Shown: in pieces, positions 1-12,235 of the stretch | How positions within the stretch are numbered: position 1 is the first letter of the stretch | Layout of the letters: each line of letters begins with the position of its first letter | NCBI GenBank assembly: GCA_013239625.1 | Contig: MU053629.1 | Location: forward strand, 654,676-718,675 | Direction of reading: 5' to 3' | Origin: Lama guanicoe | Taxonomy: Eukaryota | DNA: 64,000 bases | The notes under the pieces: generated by a model | Seen by the model: only the letters and a program-made list of their open reading frames with translations | The model's database searches: none | Told to the model about the DNA's origin: nothing | Position numbers and translations under genes: made by a program

Positions 1-1952
1 GCTGCCACCGGGCTGGATTCTAATGCAGATATGTTTTTGTTTGGCGAGTACAGTGTTTAAAATTTCTTCTCGGCTGGTTACAGTCATGTAGACAGAACCT
101 TTTCCAGATTAAAAAAAATCTTTCATACCTGGTTTTTACCTTTTGAGTCTGATAGGTGGCCTAACGCTGTCTGCACACAAGCTACGTGAATTCTGATCGA
201 GAAGAACTACTAGTACAAAGAATTCCACTATAGTTCATATCACTAACGTGTCTCCTTAAGCCTCCATTGCTGACTATAATTTGAGATCGAGATGGCAGGG
301 ATGCTGTGAAAGTAATCTGTGTCTTCCAAGGACTGTGGTTATTGAAACACTAGTCTGCTTCAGTGTCTCCCACTGGCAGTTCCGGTGTGTCCTGCACACT
401 TGACTACAGGAGCAGACTTTTTGCGGAGGGGGGTGTTTGCTTGGAGACCTGCCCCGGGTGATTCTCACCATTACCCCGAGAATGTTGCTGTGAATTCAGC
501 CACTTAAAGCCTTGGATGTTCATTGGGCTTCCTGGCATCTGGTGGCCTTATCTGAGCCTCTTGTGGGTGTGACTTCCTCTTTCTGGGAAACCTAATCCTT
601 CCAAAGAGGATCCTTGACGTGCCTTGAGATTTTGTCGGGAGTCCTTGGCAGACAGCATGTGGGCAGATCAGCCGAGGCTTTGGGAATTCAGCGCTGCTGG
701 TTTCTGCCTTTTTGGAAAGCTGTCTGAATCTATAAAAGGTCTTTCAGTAAATGATTTTTTCATAAACATGGCTCTTTTAATTGGATATGACAAATGTTTT
801 ATTCTTCTGAAGTCACGCGACTCAAATAGAAATGGGTTCAAGAGTCGGTATGGTAGATCTGGAGACCGGAGGGGAGGTCTAGAAGTCACAGCCTAGACTT
901 TTCAGTGGACAGAGCTGTGATCTCCGCCTCTCCTAAAACCCATGGGAAGCCGAGGCCCAGAGGGGAAGGCAGCAGCCCCAGAGGCCACACAGCTAGTCGG
1001 CAGAGCCGGAGCTGGGTGAGGTCTTCACCACGCCCTGCCCTTCTGAGCAAGGATGTCCTTTGACCCTGTGCTGGAAGCCTCAACATAAGATGGAATGACT
1101 CTTCTACTCGGCCTCTTTCCTTTACCTTGGCTTTGTTTATCTTTGTGTTTTCTCCTCTGCAGTTAAAAACACGCTGTTTAAAATTCGTTCATTTCACATG
1201 CTGCGCCCGGACGTGCCCTGTGATGAACGGCAGGTTGGCGGCTTTGTAACTTGTGTGGATTAGATTGTGGAGTTACGTCCCAGCTGAGTGCTTCCTAAAT
1301 ATTTACAGACTGGCAAGTCTGCTGGGCTGCGAAATTGTCTTGTTTTATGGATCTGGGGCCTTTCCTGCTCATTATGGGACTATGGCGCCTCGTCCTCTGT
1401 ACGGAGGGGACCGCCTGCTACATCTGTGTGGACTCAGAGCTGAAGAGGCGCCGGTAAAGGCCACATTCAGTGCTGCCTAAGGCCGTCCAGCCAAAGCCTT
1501 TAGAAAATAGTGTTCTCGGAGCGCAGTGAGAGGGAACTTGATCTGTGTGCTTTCCAGGCGGATGTTACATGTTCTAACAAGAATGCCTCATAGTCCCCTG
1601 TTCCGAAGAGCGATGTGCAGAGTCTGACCCAGAACTTGAGAAACCTCAGATTTTAAAGTGTGTCCATGGACAAGATACTTCTCAGCCATGGGCCTCAGCT
1701 GAAATGGTTTGATAGGAAGAGCTTCGGGGCTGGCTATTCTGCGATTCTCAGGATTCTGGGACCCTTTTGTTACGAGTGCTGGACTTTCCAGTCTTCATCC
1801 TTTTCTTGGGTGTGCCAAGTCCTAGGTGCTATGTAGGAAGGCTCCTCTTTCTATGGGAAGCGGTACTGTCGTTTTTAAGATTCTAGTTTATAGTTATATC
1901 GTTTATCACCAAATCTCATCATCTTTAGAAATGAATTTAAAGATGAGCAGGC

Positions 1953-2111
1953 GGGGAGGGTGTAGCTCAGTGGTAGAGTGCATGCCTAGCATGCACAAGG
2001 TCCTGGGTTCAGTCTTCAGTGCTTTCCACTAAAAATAAATAAGTAAACCTAATCTCCTCCCCCAAAAAAACAAACTAAATTTTTAAAAATTTTTTTAAAA
2101 ATTAAAAAAAA
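1953..2111 (+). mobile_element. tRNA-Ala-derived SINE (Vic-1-like, camelid), inserted into an old L1
   Basis: Head GGTGTAGCTCAGTGGTAGAG...GGTCCTGGGTTC with A/B boxes, A-rich tail; target-site duplication (TSD) atgagcaggc 1943-1952 / atgagtaggc 2112-2121. Confidence 0.85.
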
Positions 2112-2894
2112 ATGAGTAGGCACTTCTCAGAAGAGGATGTCCACATGACCATTGAGTGTATGAAAAAGTGCTCAACATCATTGCTCTTAAGGGATGTAAA
2201 AATTAAACCTCAGTGTGATGCAACTATAACACCCACCAGAATTGGCTAAAATTAAAAATCTGACAATAGCAAGTTTGGACCAGGATATAGAGCAACTGGA
2301 GCTCTCATATATTCCTGGTAGAGTGTATAATGGCAAAGCCATTCTGAAAAAGTTGTGTGGTGTCCTCTAAAGCTAAATACACACTTACACTATGACCCAG
2401 CAATTCAGCTCCTGGGTTTCAATCCAAGAGAAGTGTTTCCCTGTGTCTACCTAAACACTGTCCTGGTAGCTTTATTCATCATAGCCCAAACAGGAAACAA
2501 CCCCCCAATGTCAAACAGCAGAAGAACAGATAAACAAATGGTGTGTTCGTATAATGGAATACGACACAGCAAGAAAAAGGAGTGGACTGCCAAGTGTAAC
2601 AGCATGGGTGAAACTCACAGCACTGTGGTCAGAGAAAGAAACCAGACTCTCTAAAGAATACATGCTGTGTGCTTCCACCAACGTGGAGTTTAAAGACAGG
2701 TAAAACTAGTCTAAGGTGATAGAGGCTAGAATGGGAATTGCTTCTGGGGTGAGAGGATTTTGACTGGGAAAGGGCACAGGTGATGGAAATGCTGCATGTC
2801 TCCATCTGGGTGGTAGATACATTTGCACAAATTCAGTGAGCTGCCTGGGTAGACTGGTTCACTTCATCTCATATAAGTTACGCCCCATTAAAAA
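2112..2894 (+). mobile_element. Old L1 (L1M-type) ORF2 end and 3'UTR
   Basis: L1 motifs tgctcaacatcatt, tatgacccagcaattc, gctttattcatcatagcccaaa, ggtgatggaaatg; the ORF 2355-2654 has residual ORF2 C-terminal similarity. Confidence 0.85.
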
Positions 2895-3258
2895 CAGCAG
2901 AGAAGAAAAGTGAATCTGAATGATCTACCTGTGAACTTCATCCTTTGCACTTGGTCTCTTAGGTCTAGGGACACGCGGAGCACTGGGAGTGACAGGAGCC
3001 AGAGGGAAATAGTTTTTAGCATGGCATTGGTTGTAAAATCTCTCTTGGATCAGCCCAGAGCCAGTGGTATAGGCTACCTCTTTGAGAAGCACATCAATTC
3101 AAATTTTACGAAAAAACAATTAAGAGCCCGCCTGCGCCAGACACTGTCTGTGGGTTCTCTCCTTTCTAGGAGGCTCTAGTCTAGAGGCTTCCTCCCCAGG
3201 TAAGAGTATGACTTTTAGGTGGAATCTAATAGAAAGTCTGATGGGCTTTTCTCCCCAG

Positions 3259-3467
3259 GGGTGGCTGCTAGGGAGACGGCCCAAGCTCTGAAAACTCTGG
3301 CGCAGGCTGCCCGGGGAGTGGCGGCATCGACGAGTGACCCCACGGCTGCGCATGCCATGTTAGATTCTGCTCGGGACGTGATGGAGGGCTCGGCCATGCT
3401 CATCCAAGAAGCCAAGCAGGCCCTGATTGCACCAGGGGATGCAGACAGTCAGCAGAGACTAGCCCAG
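3259..3467 (+). CDS. TLN2: TLN2 coding exon A (probable exon 26), (G)VAARETAQ...QQRLAQ, R5
   Basis: ttttctccccAG|GGGTG ... GCCCAG|GTgagg; 209 nt, phase 1 to 0. Confidence 0.97.
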
Positions 3468-4338
3468 GTGAGGCCGGGAACTGGTCACCATGGTCGTCAT
3501 GGAGGTGGGCATGTTGACAGGCTGTCACCTGGTGGGAGCACTTCTGCAAGCCTTGCCTAGACGCCCCCATAATGTGAGGTCTGCTTCATTTGGTGAACAG
3601 AAAGTATGGGGGGGCTCAATTGAAGTCGTCCCTGGGAACCTGAAGAGCCAGGACACAGCATGTTCGTTTTAGGCCTGTGTATGCTTACACATATGTCTCT
3701 TCCTAGCCTGGGAGGTGAGGGTATACTTGGTTTAGCCCCTCAAAGCTTTCAACCCTGTCTCTCTAGAGCCTCTTCAGATGAGTCTTGCCAGAGAATAGAA
3801 ACAGGGAGCCTCACACGTCCTTAAAAGGCAGCACGTGGGCAACTCCAGGTTGCTCTGGATGTGCTCAGAGCATCCCACCTGCCCTTGGGCAGGGTGACGG
3901 GAGGCAGCCATGGCACCAGAGGGCCCTGAATAAGTCCTGGCATCCAGAGAACCCAGGGCCTCCCCCAGGACCTCTGCAGGACTCTCAAGAGGGGAGCTCT
4001 TTCTCTTTCTCTGGATGGGAGGGAGATACCTTTGCTTTAGAACCTGACGTAACATGGGAAAGTTGTGGTTTGAATCACAGTCATGGCGTGGCCTGGCGCT
4101 GGGGTGCAGGTAGTGCCTGCTGTGGCACTGGGTCAGACCCTTTGCCAAGACAGGACGTTAACCGCAGCGAGAGGCCCCGGGGAGGCGACTTAATGCTAAA
4201 CAGCATCAAGTGGATGTCTGGAGAGTTTCCCAGTCTTTTCCAGCTCTGCGCTGTGTCGCTGCTCATCCCCAACACGTGTGCAGGGATGTTTGCATTGAAA
4301 GCCTTTCTGATGCGGCTTTTCTCCCTCTGCATGTTCAG

Positions 4339-4458
4339 GTGGCCAAAGCCGTCTCTCACTCCCTGAATAACTGCGTGAATTGCCTCCCTGGGCAGAAGGA
4401 TGTGGACGTGGCCTTGAAGAGCATCGGGGAGTCGAGCAAGAAGCTGCTGGTGGACTCG
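4339..4458 (+). CDS. TLN2: TLN2 exon B, VAKAVSHS...KLLVDS, R5/R6 junction
   Basis: atgttcAG|GTG ... TCG|GTgagt; 120 nt, phase 0-0. Confidence 0.97.
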
Positions 4459-5140
4459 GTGAGTTTATGGCTCGGGACGGGCACCTGGGGGACTGGGCTC
4501 GCGTTCAGTGGGAGCAGCGTCCTCTCCCCTCATGGGACCTCTGAGCAGCTCACCTTTCCCTCGGGGGTCCTGTTTTTCCTGCCTTGTCCTTGTTTTGCCT
4601 TCTGATCAACAGAGTCCCCGAGTAATGCTTCTAAAGTTTACTTTTTCTTTGAGCCCATGTTGCTGTTTGCTCTCAGGTCATCCTGAGATGCGATGAGGCA
4701 GGAAAGGGGATATGTGACCATCTAACTTCTTATGAGGGCACCTCAGGCAGTGACAATCAGGTGATAATGGGACACGTGTTTAGAGCTCACAGAGAAAGTG
4801 AGCAGTCTGTGGAATTTCTCTTTGGGGCCTGTTCCTTCCCTGTTGTGTGAGCCCCTTTAGAGCTTTGTTTCTTCTCTGCCTCGTGCCTGGCACATTCCAG
4901 GTATGCAAGCATTGGGTGTGTGTGACCAGCAGAGCCTGGCTTGACCCTCTGGAACTTTTCACAAACCCTGAATAATTCTGCTAGTGCTGTGTCTGTGGAA
5001 AAGCTGTATTGTTAGCAAAGACCACTAATGAAGAAATTTGGCGGCTATTAGTTTGGAATAATGAGATTTAAAGTGAGAGCATCTGCTTTTTAGTTTCAGG
5101 AAGCTAAACCTTTGGGAGTTTGCATCTAAGAGAGCCAAGA

Positions 5141-5215
5141 TTGAGCGGTGGTTCAGAGAGTGGATCCCAGAGTCAGGCTGCCCAGGTGTGAGTCCTGGCT
5201 CTGCCACTTAGGAGA
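5141..5215 (+). mobile_element. MIR fragment
   Basis: gtggtt..agag...gagtcagg..ctggctctgccactt, MIR 5' pattern. Confidence 0.55.
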
Positions 5216-5477
5216 TACAGGCCCTAGGGAAAGCTGTCCTTGCTGTTTTTAGATCTGCTGTGTCTAGGGCTGAATAGGTGTTCAATAAATTAAAGCAAAT
5301 GAGTGAATGTATATCCGTTGAAGGTCAAACTTCACATGGGCTCAGACCACACAGAGCCTTTTAGGCTGGATGACTCAGAAATGCGTCCCTGGAGTCTGTC
5401 TTCCCTCTGCAACACCTACCTTTGTCTCTCCTACACAAAGTAAAAGTTCTCATGCAATGTGCCCTCTCTTCCCACAG

Positions 5478-5675
5478 TTACCTCCAAGCACGAAGCCTTT
5501 CCAGGAAGCCCAGAGCGAACTGAACCAAGCAGCGGCCGATCTGAACCAGTCTGCCGGGGAGGTGGTCCACGCCACCCGGGGCCAGAGCGGAGAGCTGGCC
5601 GCTGCCTCCGGGAAGTTCAGCGATGATTTCGACGAGTTCCTCGATGCCGGCATTGAGATGGCAGGCCAGGCTCAG
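5478..5675 (+). CDS. TLN2: TLN2 exon C, LPPSTKPF...MAGQAQ, R6
   Basis: ctcttcccacAG|TTA ... CAG|GTgggt; 198 nt, phase 0-0. Confidence 0.97.
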
Positions 5676-6720
5676 GTGGGTGTGCAGGTGGCTGAGTGGA
5701 GCTGACCCTTGCCTCTCGACCCTGGGGGACCGTCCACCCCTGAGGCCAAGTGGCAAAAGGGAGCCGGGGAGCTGTGAGCAGCCCACACCTTTATGTTCCC
5801 TTTGCTGCTCAGGGAGCTCCGTGACCTCATGGGAATGGCATTCCCAAAGACGCGATTAGCCCATGGGTGAGGTGCGTCCTGGAGATGACGGGTAACTTTC
5901 CCACGATCCTCCAACAGAACCCATTGTTTTATGTACACTTTTTGGAGGGAGGGCAGCTCTGCCTCCTGTACTTCAAATGTGGTATAATATAGTGACAACT
6001 CATGTACTTGAGGTTTAGTGAGCCCATTTGAAGGAACTATGTCCTACCCTGAGTGTCAGGTCATTAAAACTTACCTCCTTCAGATGAACAGATAAACCCC
6101 TTGTTAGGAACAAGGGAGCATGACTGGTCTGGTGTCGGCTTCCAGAGATGTTTTTTCTCAAGCTCCTGTGAACTCCCTAAATGAGGCACCCAGGGTGTTT
6201 CTTGGTCTCTTATCTACAAAGGGTTGTTTCTCAGATGGCAAGCCAGGTGAGAAATGCGTCCTTTCCAGAGGCGGGAACCTCTGGGATGCAGTCAGCTCTG
6301 CATATCCAGACAGCGCTGGTCATTTGTGCCAGGCTGAGCCGTGCGAGCCCCTGACAACTCTAGCATTGTTGAGCAAGATGCTGGAATTGTGGCCTGGTCT
6401 GTGCACACTCTCTCTCCCTCCCTCCCTCCCTCCCCTCTTTTAATGCCCACACTTGTGAGACAACGCAGCTCTTGGCTAACCCACTTGGGGATGGATTTCT
6501 GTCCTGTTGTGTGTATCTTGGTTTGGTGTCTGTTTGGGGAAGGGCAGACACTGGGCAGAGTCTCGATAAATTACGCATCTACAGACTAACTGGGCAAATT
6601 GGGCTTCGTGCAGTCTGTACAAATAACCTGCTTCCGTTTCACGATGCTGCTCCGAGCTCTGAGTGCTGCCTGGGACAGATGGACAGTCCCTAATCACTCT
6701 GGCTCCTTTTGACCTTCCAG

Positions 6721-6860
6721 ACGAAAGAAGACCAGATCCAAGTGATAGGGAACCTCAAGAATATCTCGATGGCATCCAGCAAGCTGCTGCTAGCTGCCAA
6801 GTCTCTCTCTGTAGATCCTGGGGCGCCCAACGCGAAAAATCTCCTGGCTGCAGCTGCGAG
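6721..6860 (+). CDS. TLN2: TLN2 exon D, TKEDQIQV...LLAAAA(R), R6
   Basis: gaccttccAG|ACG ... GAG|GTaaga; 140 nt, phase 0 to 2. Confidence 0.97.
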
Positions 6861-7234
6861 GTAAGAGTGGAACAAGATGTGCTTTCACGTGTGGTTAAAT
6901 CGCGTCAGTGTTTGCGAGATGCGCCTGACATCCTGCTGCTTTTGCTGAGCGAAGAAGTGATGTTGTCCTCATGTAGTCAGAGTAGGAGGCGAAAGTAACA
7001 GATGCTGGTGTCTGATTAAACTGGCTCCGTTTCCATGTGCTTTTCCCCATTAACAATGCCTCTGTCTCCTCTTACAGCCTTTTCAGGAGGACTTGCTAGG
7101 ACTTGAGGCTCCCACTGATTTATAAACACGACGGCTTAGATTTTTTTCAATAGTGTTAATATCTTTCAGATCAGAGAAGTAATATATGTTTATTGAAAAG
7201 AAATCAGAGGATGCTGAAAAGTACAAAAAAAGGA

Positions 7235-7308
7235 TTTTTTTTCTTTTTTTATTGAATTATAGTCAGTTTACAATGTGTTAATTTCTGGTGTACAGCACAG
7301 TGATTCAG

Positions 7309-7348
<40 letters not shown>

Positions 7349-8008
7349 CTTTTCATATTCTTTGTCATTATAATAGGTTATTACAAGATATTGAATACAG
7401 TTCCCTGTGCTATACAGTAGGACCTCATTGTTTATCTATTTTACATATAGTAGTTAGTATCTGCAGATCCTGTACTCCGAATTTCTCTCTCCATCCCCTT
7501 CTTTCCCCCCGATAACCACAATTTTGTTTTCTATATCTGTGAGTCTATTTCTGTTTTGTAAATAAGTTCATTTTTTTTACATTCCGTATGTGAGTGATGT
7601 CATATTTTTCTTTCTCCTTCTGGCTTACTTCACTTAGAATGACGATCCCCAGGTCCATCCATGTTGCTGCAAATGGCAATTTCTTATTTTTTATGGCTGA
7701 GTAGTGTTCCATTGTGTAAATATAACACAACTTCTTTATCCAGTCATCTGCCGATGGACATTTAGGTTGCTTCCATGTCTTGGCTATTGTATATAGTGCT
7801 GCTATGAACATTGGGGTGCACGTATCTTTTTGAATTAGAGTTCCCTCCAAATATATGCCCTGGAGTAGGATTCCTGGATCATACGTTAAGTCTATTTTTA
7901 GTTTTTAAAGGAATCTCCACACTGTTTTCCATAATGGCTGCACCAAACCACATTCCCACCAATAGTGTACGATGGTTCCCTTTTCTCCACACCCTCTCCA
8001 GCATTTAT
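7235..8008 (-). mobile_element. 5'-truncated, relatively young L1 (ORF2 C-terminus plus 3'UTR)
   Basis: Minus-strand ORF 7545-7850 TCTPMFIAALYTIAKTWKQPKCPS...FAATWMDL is L1 ORF2p C-terminus; poly-T at the left end. Confidence 0.93.
7310..7346. repeat. (TA)n microsatellite inside the L1 3'UTR
   Basis: About 18 perfect TA units. Confidence 0.95.
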
Positions 8009-8679
8009 CCAAAAAAAAAAAAAGATACTTAACTAGCCATTCAGCATCTCTTGAGTACTTACTCTGTGCCTGGCACCAGTGTTGATTAGGTGGATTTAAA
8101 CATGTTCACTCGGTCACACGCAGAAGGGCTCTAGTTCAGAATGAATGGGCTGGTGATGGGAGTAAATTGTTTTGGGAAATATATTAAAGCACAAATCTGA
8201 TTTAGGATGATGTCAATGTCCTTCTTTCCTGTTGTTTTCGCCCAGAGAAGTGGGTAATACAGTACAATTTCTGCTCCAGGGCCACTGTGGCAATTTAGTT
8301 CCATAACTAGTGATTGAATGCTGGTACCTGGAGAAACCACAGTGACAGCTGACAGCCCAGGGAGATTTTATGTTGTCAGTCCCACATTCGTCCTCTTGAA
8401 CCGAGAGGGTAGCGTGTTTTACACCTGCGTGGTGGTGTAGGCATGTTTTCCTAACATTACTTGGCATCACTGGATATATAGGAAAGCCAACAGCAGTAAG
8501 AGATTAAATACAGGACAATTAGGATATAGAGCATAATTGGAAACATTTTCAAAATGTGTGCAGATTGGTGATTCTTAAAAAGCATGGCTTGAATTCTACT
8601 TTAAAAAAATTTTTTTTTAATTTGGTTTTGTTTGCTTATTTGTTTTTTTAATGTCATTATCTCTCCTGGCTTTAAGTTT

Positions 8680-8785
8680 TCAGAATCAGGAGACCTAAAT
8701 TCTAGTCCAAGCTTTAACGCTTGACGAACTAGCTTACACTGGTCAGGCCACTCAACCTGTCTAAACGTTCTCATTTGCAGCAGGA
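8680..8785 (+). mobile_element. MIR fragment
   Basis: gaatcaggagacct..ttctagtcc..gct...ggccactcaacct. Confidence 0.55.
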
Positions 8786-9145
8786 AGGTGTGTGTGTAGC
8801 ATCATCCTTAAGCCCTGTTCAGTTGTCAGTGTATAAGCTATCATGGTACCGATGGTTAAAACCTGACTCTGGTCTCCTCTTTGCTTGTAGTGTTATTTTT
8901 TTATGGGGAGATTAGATAATTTCAGAGCAGTTCCCTTGAAAGCCTTTGAGTTTATTTATTCCCAAATACGTACTTCAGTTTCAAAGGATAGCTAGAGCCA
9001 CTGGGTGGCTGGAAAAATATCCTCACTTCTCCAGTTCCATCTTATGCTTTGTTTGTGGTTGTTCCAGTAGGTGAGTGCCCTCCCGGGGTGAATGGGGGGA
9101 TGAGGAAGAACTGTGATGTCTGTGGTCTCTGTTGAGCAGCTGTTT

Positions 9146-9228
9146 GTTTGTTTGTTTGTTTAATTTTTTTAATTGAAGTACAGTCAGTTATAATGTGTCA
9201 ATTTCTGGTGTACAGCACAATGTCCCAG
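9146..9228 (-). mobile_element. Extremely 5'-truncated L1 3' tip with perfect 12-bp TSD
   Basis: TSD gagcagctgttt at 9134-9145 and 9229-9240; body matches the L1 3' ends at 7250 and 13880; (GTTT)n/poly-T tail. Confidence 0.9.
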
Positions 9229-9370
9229 GAGCAGCTGTTTCTGATATAAAACCCTCTTAATCACATTTTTCCTAAAAAGAACCTTTGGATAAGGCAACTG
9301 ATGTTGCCAGGTATCTGAACACAGATGTTTTTCATTATCTTCAATTTTTTTGCATCATTTCAAAATTACA

Positions 9371-9529
9371 GGGGGAAGGTGTAGCTCAAGTGGCAGAGCA
9401 CATGCTTAGCATACACAAGGTCCTGGGTTCAATCCCCAGTACCTCCTCTAAAAATAAATAAACCTAATTACCTCCCCCTCAAAAAGAAAAACAAAGACAG
9501 ACAAACAAACAAACAACAACAACAAAAAT
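9371..9529 (+). mobile_element. tRNA-Ala-derived SINE (Vic-1-like)
   Basis: GGTGTAGCTCAAGTGG...GGTTCAATCCCCAG head, aaataaataaacctaattacctcccc body, (CAAA)n tail, flanking ttacag repeat. Confidence 0.88.
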
Positions 9530-10004
9530 ATTACAGTTTCCAACCTAGAAAGTGTTGTTGACTCTCTTAAATTACGGGAAAGAAGGGAGAGCATGAACTG
9601 GCCTTTTGAAAACCCGGTGAAGAAGGGAACCCAGGGCCTCAGTGCTTGTTGCTGTGTCATGCCTCTGTGGGTGTCCGGAGGCCTCCTGGTGGTGAGATTG
9701 AGGAAGGGAGCTGGAGACCAGGTGAAAAGACTTTCTTTGCTCTGTCTACCCTGGCTCTCAGCAGTTGACAGGGAGAGTTCCCAGCCTGATGGTTTTCATC
9801 ACCAAGTAAGCCCTTAAAAATCATCACGTGAATTGATAGTTTGGGGCCGGAGCAGCTGCAGGAAGATGCTGGACCGTTCTCCTTGGCTTCTTGGCACATG
9901 TCGGCAGGCTCTGCTCCCTGGGATGGTTTCCCAGTGGAAGCTCCAGCCAGGTCAAGTGAGTCAGGCAAGCTCCTCTTGGGAAATAAGGCTCTGCCCAGCT
10001 AGAG

Positions 10005-10135
10005 TACGTTCATTCATTCTCTTGTTACTTCGTTTGTTCATTACACAGACAAGTTACCACGTTCCTGATATGGGCCAGGCCTAGCACTGGGTGCTGGGCA
10101 CACACTGTAAGGCAGGGACAGCCCTGGTGGAGTTA
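10005..10135 (-). mobile_element. L2 3' fragment
   Basis: ttcattcattc...ccagg...cactgggtgctggg L2 tail pattern. Confidence 0.5.
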
Positions 10136-11959
10136 GGGCGAGGCACACACAAGAGCAGGTGGCCTTTGGTTTATCTGGGTCTTGCAACAAACCTGTGCAT
10201 AAGTGCCCTTGGAGGTGGGCAGCAGGGATCTGATTGCTGTTGGCCTCATCTTCAGCCCCACTGCCCTCCCTGTTCTTCATGTGAATGTCCCCGAAGGCCC
10301 CAGAGATGCTTCTGTGGGGACCCAGACCTGGACTGACTTGGCCCTCCCACTCCTACGTCAGCAGAGTAAACCTTTCTTTTTTCCTTTTCAGTGATTCTTC
10401 CTGCTTTGGGGAAACAGGTTTGCTTCTGGAGAAGCAGTAGAGTATGTCTGTCTTTTTGCTCTACTCATCTTTGTGCATCTGAGCCCAGGTGCCTCTGAGG
10501 AATGTGGTCCCTCAGTTTCTGATGCCTAGTGGGGAGGAAGTCATTTTCTGTTGAGAGTCCGGCTTCTTTCTGTGTACCTGGTGGGCTCCGGGTCTTTTCT
10601 GACGAGTTAGGTAAGCTGGAGACCCTTTGTCAGTGGTTCATCAGCCTTCTCCCTGACCAAGGACTGGCCCGATGCTCCTGGACTTAGTCAAGGAAGTGGA
10701 GAACCAGTTTGCAGTGGCAGAAGGAGGGCGAGTCCTACCCCTGAGCCACTGCTCACACCCCAGTCCTGGCCAGAAGGACTCGGGCTGAAGGCTTCACCCC
10801 ACCTGCCAGCGTCAGGACGGTGTTCTGCTGCTTCCAGTCCCCCAAGGGCTCCCTGGGACCTTGCAGGAGGCGCCTCTTCCCAGGCAGCCCTTTGCTTTGA
10901 GGTTCCCACCAGGCAGGCGTCCTGCTGTCTCCAGAGATGGTGGAAAAGGGTGACCCAGCAAGCAGCACTTCCACACTCTGAAACAGAAAATGTACACCGG
11001 GCCTTCTTCTGTCTCTTGGTCTCTTCTAGAATGTTCTCTACCCACGATCCAGATCGGGATCTCACTGAGGCCCGATTTTCCAATGAGTCTGGTCCATGTC
11101 AGGCGCTCCCTCGAAGGCAGAGCCTATGCCACTGTCGAGGCTTGAATCTCCTCAGGTGCTCCCGGCGCGTCCTGCCTGCGTCTGGCCCATCCTGCCTGCT
11201 GTCCTACCCCCCTGCACTGCTTCCTCTGGCTGACCTCTATGTCTTGTCAGTTCATCGTCCTGCCTCTCCAGCTGGATTGCAAGCCCCTTGCTTTCCTATA
11301 GAGACGTGAACGATGTCATACTGTATCATTTTGTACCCCCTGTGCCTTGTCCGCAGTAGGACCCAGGGAATGTGGACACGTGAATTTGGGTTTGCTCTTT
11401 CCTGCCTTCCTAAGCGCCTCTTTCCCTTGAGGAAGGGAATTGTCTGGAGTTGCTCCCCTCCAAGTTCCCTGCTGGATGATTTGTGCTTTATAGATCATCA
11501 AAAGCACAGATTGGTTGATTTTCTTCTCTCGACCTCAATTCCATATCTGTTGAGAATGTCGTGCCAGAGCTCACAAACTCCTGTCTGAATCAGTTTAGTA
11601 TCTCTGAACACTAAACAATCTGTAGCTTAGAAAGCCTTTAACACCTGAGGTTGTAGACCCCAATTTTGTAAACACTGAGAGTGGCTGAATATGCTTAGGT
11701 GAAGAATGAATCACGGGAAAACCCTGTGTCTAGGTGGTGGAATTATGGTTTTTTAATGTTTTGCATTTTTTTAAGTAAACTTGTTTAGCTTTGGTCATTA
11801 CCCAAAAAAGGTGTGGGGAAAATAAAGGTATCTCAGTTCCAGCCTGTCTGAATTTATATAGAACAGAGGGAAGGTGCAGCTAATTTTGGCCGTATTTTTA
11901 TGACAATGTAAGTTGGTTAATTGATAATATTTTAGTAGATTTACTGAAATCTTTGCTTT

Positions 11960-12235
11960 AAAAATAATATTGTAAGGTCACTGTTAACATTTGGATAGGC
12001 CGTTCTTTCATTTTTCTATGCATATATATTTATTTTTACAGATGTGCACTCCTGTGGTTTATACTGCTTTGTAAATTTTATTTTACTTAATTGTGCATCA
12101 TGAATATTCTTCTGTGATGTTAGGACTTTTCATGGAAGCCCAGAATTCTGTCGTAGTCTGTATGTTTATTTAGTCAGTCCTTTACCATTGCGTATTTGGG
12201 TTGCATCTTATCCTTTGCTCTTATAAATAAATATA
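11960..12235 (-). mobile_element. Old L1 (L1ME-like) fragment
   Basis: cactgttaacattt...atttgggttg..tcc.tttgct.ttataaataa pattern, highly diverged. Confidence 0.55.

Noticed and set aside
1953..2030. tRNA-Ala-like sequences (also 9371, 37010, 57030)
   Set aside because: Degenerate stems, extra SINE body, A-rich tails and TSDs: SINE heads, not tRNA genes.
7078..7100. Strong cryptic acceptor(s) downstream of exon D
   Set aside because: Would add only SLFRRTC then stop; no convincing donor or poly(A) signal seen nearby.
10392..10610. 219-nt pseudo-exon with strong acceptor and TAG|GTAAGC donor
   Set aside because: In the phase-2 frame after exon D it hits a stop at 10438-10440; such pseudo-exons are common and there is no other support.
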